Source: Myxococcota bacterium (GTDB lineage: Bacteria > Myxococcota_C > UBA6777). From it: DNA of 20,000 bases. The first letter of the stretch is position 1; each line of letters begins with the position of its first letter. The position numbers and the translations under genes are program-made. Below, piece by piece: positions 1 through 6,960 of this stretch. The stretch lies in assembly GCA_023150835.1 (NCBI GenBank), contig JAKLKB010000020.1, forward strand, positions 44,482-64,481, written 5' to 3'. Under the pieces are notes generated by a model. That model worked only from the letters and a program-made list of their open reading frames with translations, ran no database searches and was not told the origin of the DNA.

Positions 1-1034
1 TCTTGTGTCTCTGGGTCTTTGACTTCGACAAGCGCTTGCGCAGCATCAACCCGTGTATTGGGGTTGCTGTCTTTTAACAGACCTGCAAGCACACTTCCGC
101 CCTCGCGCCGACCGAGCCGACCGAGCGCATAACCCGCAGCGATCTGCACTTCTTTCGAGCCATCCTTGAGCAAGCCAACCAGTTTGTCTCTCGCGGATTT
201 ACCGCCAAGATCGCCAAGTGTCGTGGCTGCGATCTTGCGGGAGCTTGCAGTATCCGAAGACAAATCCGCAGTAAACAGCTTGATCCAGCTTTTATCGCCC
301 AATTGCTTGAGCGATTGCGCCAATTGAGCGCGCACACGGCGGTTGTTGTTGCTGGCCATCTGCTCGCGCAAAAACTCCGCCACACCGCGATCTTTGACCT
401 CGCCAAGAAAGCGAGCGCACATCAGCTTCGATCCGCCCGTTTCTTTTTGATAGCATGTTTGTAACGCTTCCATTCCGCCCTTGTCACGGAGTTGAGCAAG
501 CGCCAATGCCGCTTGGTAGCGCACAAAAGGACGACGCTCTTCGAGCAGCTTGCGCAACGGCTTCACGGCGCTCTTGTCGCCCAGTTCACCGAGTGCTTCG
601 GCGGCTTTCATGCGCGTCAAAAAGTTCGGCGAGGACAACAACGGCAGCAGTGCCTTCACCGCTTCTTTTTTCTTCATCTTGCCCAAAAACTCGGCGGTCA
701 CTTGTTGGCCTTTTCCATCCGAGCCCCCCAGCAGATCGCGGGTGTACGACCAAACCAGCTTGCCCAAGACTTCGGGGTCTTCGCTGTCGTTCATCGCCAC
801 CAACACTTCGTACGCACGCAGCGCCTTTTCCACTTGGCCGAGCTGCGCAAGCGCATCCACCCGCAGGGCCACAGCCTGTTTCATGTACTTGTCGAGCTGT
901 TTGAGCGCAGCTTTCGCTTGCCCTTTTTTGAGCTGTCCTTTGAGCGTGTCCAGTTCTCCCGCATGGGCCGGAACCCACGCGCACAAACCCCAAAGAATCC
1001 ATGTCGCAAAACCAATCGCGGTGTGTCTCTGCAT
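1..1034 (-). CDS. Exported HEAT (PBS-lyase-type) repeat protein, 3' end beyond the window
   Basis: Not in the ORF track because there is no stop in the window. Manual translation from ATG 1034 is open for 344 codons: MQRHTAIGFATWILWGLCAWVPAHA|GELD... (Sec signal, A-H-A cleavage), then HEAT-like units (EAVKALLPLLSSPNFLTRMKAAEALGELGD; SAVKPLRKLLEERRPFVRYQAALALAQLRD; ARDKLVGLLKDGSKEVQIAAGYALGRLG; VLAGLLKDSNPNTRVDAAQALVEVKD). SD AAGGAG at 1050-1045 overlaps the upstream gene's TAA. Confidence 0.9.
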   Translation of the reverse strand, partial: MQRHTAIGFATWILWGLCAWVPAHAGELDTLKGQLKKGQAKAALKQLDKYMKQAVALRVDALAQLGQVEKALRAYEVLVAMNDSEDPEVLGKLVWSYTRDLLGGSDGKGQQVTAEFLGKMKKKEAVKALLPLLSSPNFLTRMKAAEALGELGDKSAVKPLRKLLEERRPFVRYQAALALAQLRDKGGMEALQTCYQKETGGSKLMCARFLGEVKDRGVAEFLREQMASNNNRRVRAQLAQSLKQLGDKSWIKLFTADLSSDTASSRKIAATTLGDLGGKSARDKLVGLLKDGSKEVQIAAGYALGRLGRREGGSVLAGLLKDSNPNTRVDAAQALVEVKDPETQ

Positions 1035-1049
1035 CAAGTCTTGTCTCCT

Positions 1050-2018
1050 TTATGGTCTCAAGTGAACGGCGGGGAGATTGCCTTCTCTCGTTGTGGGATG
1101 CAAGGAGCAAGCTCCATGCGTCGAAAAAACGGATGCGGATCGTACAGATCGGGGAGTTTCTTTGAAGACGGGTGGAAGGGGATATCGGAACAAAGACAGC
1201 GAAGCGGCCTGCAAGTATTTGCGCGCAAAGTCATCAAGAAAGCCTTGCACGCTGCTTCCGACCTGCTGCACAAAAGCTTGCTCGAATGTGTTTCCAGTGC
1301 GCATCGACCGCAACAATCGGCTCACCCCTTCTTGCTTAATCCGTTGCTGAAGTTCATCAAACAGCCAGTGACCAAGGCTATACAGCTCGTTTTGATAAAA
1401 GCGCAACGCCTCCACAGATTCAAGCGCACGCCAAACCCGCTTGCCTTGGGGACTCGCAAAAAAAGAAGCCAAGCGCTCCACCGACAAACGGACATAACCT
1501 TGCTGCGCGGTCACAGAAGCCATTCCTTCCCGAAACCACAGGGGTATCGAGCGATTGTCCCAATCTTTTTGCTCGCAGCACATCTGAAACATCGCAACAT
1601 GCGCGATCTCGTGCGTCAACAGCTCTGTCAAAGGCCACTGATAAAACTGCCTGCGCCACGTACGAGGACTTTGCAACCAGATATCTCCATAACGCGCCCA
1701 AGCCCGTACCCATGGCAAACGAAGCTGCAACGCTTCCTCAAGCGACTGATGCGTCGGAAAGATCCGCAGATGCAGCGGAGCTTCTAAGGTCGTCCAACGC
1801 TGATTCTCTCGCAAAGCGTACAGTGTGGCTTTGAGCGTGTCCGAAACAACAGCGGCATCTCGCTCAAAAAACGAAAGACGCACCGAATTGGGAGCCTCAC
1901 GCGGAGTCGCTCGCACTTCCAGCGGAAAATCGGGGATGATCGCCTCACGATAACAACCCACCAGCCCCAGCACCCACCCCAAGCACCACAACAACAGCAT
2001 CCTCGCCTTTTTTTGCAT
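1050..2018 (-). CDS. Putative lipoprotein zinc metallopeptidase (clan MA/gluzincin, Peptidase_MA-like)
   Basis: Intact LTHEIAH (HEXXH, ~1599-1613) followed by IPLWFREGMA (third zinc ligand, P-x-W-F-x-E-G motif). Start moved from 2093 to ATG 2018, which has GGAG just upstream and gives a basic n-region, hydrophobic core and lipobox LVG|C (MQKKARMLLLWCLGWVLGLVGC). Confidence 0.85.
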   Translation of the reverse strand: MQKKARMLLLWCLGWVLGLVGCYREAIIPDFPLEVRATPREAPNSVRLSFFERDAAVVSDTLKATLYALRENQRWTTLEAPLHLRIFPTHQSLEEALQLRLPWVRAWARYGDIWLQSPRTWRRQFYQWPLTELLTHEIAHVAMFQMCCEQKDWDNRSIPLWFREGMASVTAQQGYVRLSVERLASFFASPQGKRVWRALESVEALRFYQNELYSLGHWLFDELQQRIKQEGVSRLLRSMRTGNTFEQAFVQQVGSSVQGFLDDFARKYLQAASLSLFRYPLPPVFKETPRSVRSASVFSTHGACSLHPTTREGNLPAVHLRP

Positions 2019-2111
2019 CCATCGCTCCAAAAAAATCACCCGACCCACATCCATCGGACCAACACAATATCGTCGACGGATGTGATGGGGCATTGCTTAG
2101 AAGCTGCGCGT

Positions 2112-3275
2112 CTAAAGCCCCCAAGAGACCGACAGGATCGGAACAATCGGGTCATTGGGGTTTAACATCTCTTGAAGATTCAAAAACACGCCAATCGAAA
2201 ACTGCCCAATGATCGAGAAAAAGCGCAGACCGAACCAAAAACTCAGCCGAAAGTCCGAAGTGAACGTGTTGTCATCAACTTTCGCTCCTTGGGGCAAAGC
2301 CACCTTCAACGAAACGCCCATCGCTCCGAACCCAAGGCTGAGATAATTCAAGTAAGGACGAGCTTGTCGGGGCATCAAAAATCGGTAAGATATCTCGGCT
2401 CCAAACAACAACGAGAGGTCGAGGTTTGTTTGAAAAGAAAACAGATCAAACCCAACGTAGGCCGAGATCAGCCACTGATCCCGAAACAAAAAATCAAGCC
2501 GAACTTCTTGACTTGTTGGCGTGATCGAATTGTTTTTGTCTGCGGCCTTGCTTCCGAGCGCAAACGAAAAGCGCGCCAAGAGATGTACTTCAAATTGAAA
2601 ATAAGGCCAACCCTCCCGTTTGGCGGGCTTGCTGTGAAAAAGCGACTCGATCAGATGCCTTCGTGCCACAAGGCCGATCGGATGGCGGCGTGGCCCAAGC
2701 TCCGTCATCACCCCGATCACACGGCCTTCTTCGTCCAACAAGGGCGCCCCCGCATACCCCCGCATCAACGGCATATTGACTTGCACGAAGTCCTTCGTGA
2801 CGCGCCCAATCGCACCTTGCACAAAACTCCAGCTCAAGGCCGTTTGCGTCAGCCTTTGCACCAACCCTTCGCTGGGAAAAGGATGTCCGACCGCACCCAC
2901 TTGGACGCCAACATCGACCTGTTCGACAGGCGAAAACACCAACGGTCGACCAGCCATCCGTCCCATAACACGCAAGATCGCTGTGTCGTGGGTCTTATTA
3001 AAAGCCCAGAGATCCGCACGAATCCATTGATGATCTTCTGCGTCTCGCTGGATCCAGATATCTCGACCGCATCCCGCAACGCTCACACTTGTCACGATAT
3101 GGTGACGATCAAATGCCAAAAACCCCGACCCTTTGCGCGTTCCGCAATGCACGATGTAGATCTGCGTCACGGTGGCCTTGTACACCCGCTGCCAACGCTT
3201 GTTCCCATACTCCATCGCAGGAGCCGTCATCGACAACCACACCGACGCCAACATCACCGAAACAACCGATGTCAT
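2112..3275 (-). CDS. Trypsin-like (S1/HtrA-type) protease-homolog domain, apparently inactive, fused to a predicted outer-membrane beta-barrel
   Basis: Signal-like N-terminus. S1C landmarks GSGF, IVTSVSV, HDTAILRV, VGAVGHP, GYAGAPLLDEEGRVIGV. The C-terminal ~165 aa has about eight amphipathic aromatic-rich strands ending ILSVSWGL. SD-like GGAAGG precedes ATG 3275. Confidence 0.8.
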   Translation of the reverse strand: MTSVVSVMLASVWLSMTAPAMEYGNKRWQRVYKATVTQIYIVHCGTRKGSGFLAFDRHHIVTSVSVAGCGRDIWIQRDAEDHQWIRADLWAFNKTHDTAILRVMGRMAGRPLVFSPVEQVDVGVQVGAVGHPFPSEGLVQRLTQTALSWSFVQGAIGRVTKDFVQVNMPLMRGYAGAPLLDEEGRVIGVMTELGPRRHPIGLVARRHLIESLFHSKPAKREGWPYFQFEVHLLARFSFALGSKAADKNNSITPTSQEVRLDFLFRDQWLISAYVGFDLFSFQTNLDLSLLFGAEISYRFLMPRQARPYLNYLSLGFGAMGVSLKVALPQGAKVDDNTFTSDFRLSFWFGLRFFSIIGQFSIGVFLNLQEMLNPNDPIVPILSVSWGL

Positions 3276-3407
3276 CGAGTAAACCTTCCATCAAACGAGG
3301 CTTTGTTCTCCATCGATGCCGCTTGTGGACAAAACCCCCCGCGTTCGCCCCGTTGCGAGCGACAGGATCGTTGTCTTGAAAAACCATCGTTCTCTTCGCC
3401 AAATTTA

Positions 3408-3456
3408 TGGGGTCAAGGGGCAAAAGTCCCTTGTGGAGTGTGGGGTTTCACCCCAC
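3408..3456 (+). repeat. REP-like twin GC-rich hairpin element in the divergent intergenic region
   Basis: CAAGGGGC-AAAA-GTCCCTTG (3414-3433, 8-bp stem with one G-T) and GTGGGGT-TTC-ACCCCAC (3440-3456, perfect 7-bp stem). G-run-rich, against the C-rich bias of this strand. Single copy in this window. Confidence 0.5.
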
Positions 3457-3566
3457 CAAAACCATCCACATCGCGCAAGTTCCATAACCAAAAAAGAACG
3501 CCGCCGATGCGTGGCGTTGCAGACTACCACAATCGCCTTCAAAAGAAAGCGGATGTTTCGATCCAG

Positions 3567-3596
3567 TTGACATCGGTACGTGTCTTTTGCAAAGCT
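3567..3596 (+). promoter_or_regulatory. Possible sigma70-type promoter for the CHASE2 gene
   Basis: Perfect TTGACA at 3567-3572. The -10 is weak (TGc-AAAGCT, 3588-3596, 18-nt spacer). Confidence 0.25.
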
Positions 3597-3684
3597 GCGC
3601 GAGGGTTCAACGTCCGTCCTTTGCGCAGACAAGAACCCAACATGCACCTGCACAACCTCGAAAGCCCAAGCGGTAGGGGCCATC

Positions 3685-6108
3685 ATGAGATCATCGTTCT
3701 TTGTTAAGCCATTCTTTGTCGCACTCCTCGTCATCTTGCTGTTGATCGTCGCCAAGTTCGTGATCGGCACAGATTACCTCGCAGACTTCGAACAACAACA
3801 ACTTCGTCAACAATTTCTCGGACGCACCCAAACTCCTGTCCGCTTTCCCAAAGACATCGTACTTGTCGAGATCAACGAAGCCAACACAGAAGCCAGCTTG
3901 CGCTGGCCTTGGGATCCCGGCAAAGTCGCGACCCTGATCAAAACACTGCGCGAAGCCAAAGCCAAAGTAATCGCGCTCTCTCTACCGTTGGTTTCGATGA
4001 GTCGAGCGTCCTACATACAAAGCCTAAAAGACGCCCTCGAACAACTCAACAAAGCCTTCCCCCCGCTTGAAAAGCTCGATCCCAACAAGACCAAAGGCAT
4101 GAACCGCCGCCAAAAAGCAGACTTCCAAAAAAAGCGTGCAAAACAAGAAGCCGAAGAAGAGCGCGTTAAAGAACTCCGCAAAAAACTAGAAGAACTCACC
4201 AAAACGGACGGATACGGCGAGCTTATCAAAGAAGTCCAAGCCACCAAAAACCTTGTGATCGGTTACTACTACTACAAAACTGAAGACAACATCCCCGGGG
4301 TAGAAGCCACTTATCTCAAACAAAAACAGCAGATACTCCACGAACAAAAGCACAACAAAGACAAGAAAAAAACCAAAAAAGACGATCGACTTGTCGATCT
4401 CTATCGCCTCGATCCACCGCAGTTTTTGCTTGGGGCGACCGTCGAGCCCGCCACCGAAGTGGCCGCTTTGCGTGAACAAGGCGATCTCGCTCGTCACCTC
4501 CGCTATCACGGCTTCCTCAACCTCACAGAGAACCCTGACAATCCCCTTTACCAAGTCCCCTTCTTTGCCAAAAACGAACAGAAGATCTATCCGAGCTTTG
4601 CACTTGCCACGTACATCGCAGCCCACCCAGACAGCCCGCCCAAACGCCTCGTTGCAAGCAGCGGATACACGGGCCTTGAGATCAACGTCAAAGGAACCAA
4701 GAAGCTTCTGCCCTTGGATCGCGACGGCCTATACCGCTTGAATTATTACGGGCCTGTTCAAAGCATCCCCCGCAATCAGCGCGCTCTTGCAAGCACGGTG
4801 ACAGAAACCAAAGGCTTTGCCGACGGATTCTTTGAAGGCAAGATCGTATTCGTCGGGATCAATCACCCACAAAAAGGGTTACGCATCCAAACTCCCTTCC
4901 CACGATCTTTTTCGGAAGTCGAACTCCACGCGATGGTCCTTGCAAACCTGCTCCAAGGAAACCCGCTGCTCCAAGGTTCCGCGATGGTCGAGATCGCTGG
5001 GTTGCTGATCTTTGGCCTACTGTTGGGCTTTTTGCTCAGCCTATTTCGGTACCTCCTTGGTTTCATCGCAACGATCGGCCTCAGCGTTACCTTGATCTTT
5101 TTGGATCGCTTCTACTTGTTCCCCGACAACGTCTGGTATCAATGGAGCTACACCATCCTCGGACTGGGCTTGATCTACCTCAGCGTCAGTCTAGTTCGCC
5201 GCCTCACAACCGATCGTGATCGCAGCCTCACCATCGGCCGCTTTCGTGAACACGTCCACCCAGACGACCTCGCCAAGATCCTCAAAGATCCAAAAAGCCT
5301 CCCCACCCAAGGAACATGGCGCCCGATCGCCTTCCTTTCCGCCTATGCCCATCCCGTCGGAGACAACCTCAGCGAAGAAAAAAATGCAGCCCGCATCAGC
5401 GAGATGTTCGCACACCTCGTCACCCCCATGGGCGAAGCCATCCGCAACGCACGCGGGATCGTGACCCAGATATCCAGCCATAATTGCCAAGGACTTTTTA
5501 ACGCTCCCCTTCCCCTCGGCAACTACGAAGAACAAGCCGCACTCGCCGCCCTCCAGATCCAATTTGCTTGGAATGACTTTGTTCACAAATACTGGATCGC
5601 CGAAGGGCTGTCGGAACCCAACTTTGGGATCGGACTGGATAGCGGATCGGCAGTAATCGGGAATTTTGGAGGCGAAAGCAACTACATCTTTACAGCAGTG
5701 GGCAAGCCTGTGACCTACAGCGAGATCCTACAAGACCTGACCAGCACCTACAAATGCCAAGTGCTGGTGTCCGAGAATATGCAGCAAAAGCTCCAAGCAA
5801 CCGGGCAATTTGTCATCCGCGAACTCGATTGGGTGCAGATCAGCGATGCACACCCCAACATGACGCTGTACGAACTGCTCGGAAAAGCCCCCGCAAGCAG
5901 CCCGCTCCCAGAAGCCGTCGAATGGTATCAACAAGGTCTTTCTTACTACCGCTCGCGAAACTTCCAAGAAGCCCAACGCTACTTCGAAGAGATCTTGCAA
6001 CGCCGCCCCCAAGATGGCCCTGCTCAAGTGATGTTGGCACGCTGCAAACAATACCTCTCCTATCCCCCCAACTTTAACTGGGACGGGACTTGGAAGCTCA
6101 AAGCCTGA
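3685..6108 (+). CDS. CHASE2-domain membrane sensor with a degenerate class III adenylate/guanylate cyclase domain and C-terminal TPR
   Basis: One N-terminal TM. CHASE2 motifs DIVLVEINE, RWPWD, AKVIAL, GFLN, YPSFALA, GKIVFVG, TPF..SEVELHAMVLANLLQG. Three further TMs. Cyclase scaffold (LFNAP, GIGLDSGSAVIGNFG, QVLVSE, RELD, LYELL) and the TPR/WDG tail typical of this architecture. Likely start ATG 3685 (AGGGG upstream; MRSSFF...) rather than the ORF-track start 3580. Confidence 0.9.
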   Translation: MRSSFFVKPFFVALLVILLLIVAKFVIGTDYLADFEQQQLRQQFLGRTQTPVRFPKDIVLVEINEANTEASLRWPWDPGKVATLIKTLREAKAKVIALSLPLVSMSRASYIQSLKDALEQLNKAFPPLEKLDPNKTKGMNRRQKADFQKKRAKQEAEEERVKELRKKLEELTKTDGYGELIKEVQATKNLVIGYYYYKTEDNIPGVEATYLKQKQQILHEQKHNKDKKKTKKDDRLVDLYRLDPPQFLLGATVEPATEVAALREQGDLARHLRYHGFLNLTENPDNPLYQVPFFAKNEQKIYPSFALATYIAAHPDSPPKRLVASSGYTGLEINVKGTKKLLPLDRDGLYRLNYYGPVQSIPRNQRALASTVTETKGFADGFFEGKIVFVGINHPQKGLRIQTPFPRSFSEVELHAMVLANLLQGNPLLQGSAMVEIAGLLIFGLLLGFLLSLFRYLLGFIATIGLSVTLIFLDRFYLFPDNVWYQWSYTILGLGLIYLSVSLVRRLTTDRDRSLTIGRFREHVHPDDLAKILKDPKSLPTQGTWRPIAFLSAYAHPVGDNLSEEKNAARISEMFAHLVTPMGEAIRNARGIVTQISSHNCQGLFNAPLPLGNYEEQAALAALQIQFAWNDFVHKYWIAEGLSEPNFGIGLDSGSAVIGNFGGESNYIFTAVGKPVTYSEILQDLTSTYKCQVLVSENMQQKLQATGQFVIRELDWVQISDAHPNMTLYELLGKAPASSPLPEAVEWYQQGLSYYRSRNFQEAQRYFEEILQRRPQDGPAQVMLARCKQYLSYPPNFNWDGTWKLKA

Positions 6109-6154
6109 CCTTCCACCTCCGCCCCTTCACCCCAAACTCTCATGGGGACGTACC

Positions 6155-6850
6155 ATGCGTACAAACACCAGTTCTTGGCTTTCCCGATCTCTCGTATACA
6201 TCGGGCTATGCGGCGCTTTACTGCTTTCCAATTGCGAGTGTAGCGCTCCCGTCCGCCCTCAAGACCGCTTCAACAACGGACTGGTGTGTACAGGTGTAAG
6301 CGGAGACAACCAATGCAAGGGACTTTTCTGTTGGCGATTCAAAAAAGATCCCCCCAACGGCGATGGCGTCTGCACCACAGTCTGCACCAACGAAGAAGAA
6401 GCTTGTGCGAACGGCGGTATCTGCCGTAAAGGCTTCCAGCCCGAGTCGCCTGATCGCGGATACTGCGTCGTCCCCTGCACCTCCGAAAAAGATTGCGCCC
6501 CCACACTTGGCTGCCAACAAATCAACAACCAAGGCGACAAATACTGCTGGCGAACAGACCCCACCACCAAACAAAACACCAACGGCAGCAAATGCACCGA
6601 TGCCCGCGAGTGCTTGGGTGGACACTGCATCAAAGGCTTGTTTGAAAGCGGGTTGGCTCTATGCAGCGAGACCTGTACGAAACTCGGCGATCCGTGCAAA
6701 CATCGCGGTGTTTGCGCTATCCAAGACACACTCGGCGGCACAGCAACACTGTTTTGCTTGGTCGAATGCCAGCAAAACAGCGACTGTTCTGACAACCTTT
6801 CCTGCAACGCTTCCCCAAGCAAGCGCAAGTACTGCGGCCTCGCCCCTTAA
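6155..6850 (+). CDS. Cysteine-rich lipoprotein with two tandem 12-Cys modules
   Basis: Signal peptide with lipobox-like LLLSN|C-E-C. Two homologous modules each start NGxxC, end KYC and carry 12 Cys. GGGGA precedes the ATG; 46-nt gap after the upstream gene. Confidence 0.85.
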   Translation: MRTNTSSWLSRSLVYIGLCGALLLSNCECSAPVRPQDRFNNGLVCTGVSGDNQCKGLFCWRFKKDPPNGDGVCTTVCTNEEEACANGGICRKGFQPESPDRGYCVVPCTSEKDCAPTLGCQQINNQGDKYCWRTDPTTKQNTNGSKCTDARECLGGHCIKGLFESGLALCSETCTKLGDPCKHRGVCAIQDTLGGTATLFCLVECQQNSDCSDNLSCNASPSKRKYCGLAP

Positions 6851-6884
6851 ACAGACTCTTCTGCGGCCTCGCCCCTTGAACAGA
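6832..6884 (+). repeat. 24-bp direct repeat (period 29) duplicating the 3' end of the Cys-rich gene
   Basis: CTGCGGCCTCGCCCCTTAAACAGA (6832-6855) vs CTGCGGCCTCGCCCCTTGAACAGA (6861-6884), 23/24 identical. Confidence 0.9.
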
Positions 6885-6897
6885 TCCGTCTTTGCTC

Positions 6898-6926
6898 TTG
6901 ACGTCCGACGCGGATACTCGTAGAGT
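6898..6926 (+). promoter_or_regulatory. Putative sigma70 promoter for the TPR lipoprotein gene
   Basis: TTGACG (6898-6903), 17-nt spacer, TAGAGT (6921-6926). SD GAGAGG at 6950-6955 precedes ATG 6961. Confidence 0.5.
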
Positions 6927-6960
6927 CAAGCGGTCTTTTTGCTAGGATAGAGAGGTTTGT

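Noticed and set aside
492-1787. 431-aa plus-strand ORF, and 2172-3707 (511 aa)
   Set aside because: Antisense to well-supported minus-strand genes. Arg/Gln/His-rich shadow composition, no motifs.
3580-3684. ORF-track N-terminal extensions (3580 for the CHASE2 gene; also 7975 and 2093)
   Set aside because: Downstream ATGs at 3685, 8038 and 2018 have SD-like sequences; for 3685 and 2018 they also place the TM or lipoprotein signal at the N-terminus.
2112-6108. Calling the degenerate protease and cyclase genes pseudogenes
   Set aside because: Reading frames, export signals and structural motifs are intact, with no frameshifts or internal stops; only catalytic residues differ.
6832-6884. Direct repeat considered as a mini-CRISPR array
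   Set aside because: Only two copies, a 5-nt spacer, overlap with a coding 3' end, and no cas genes.
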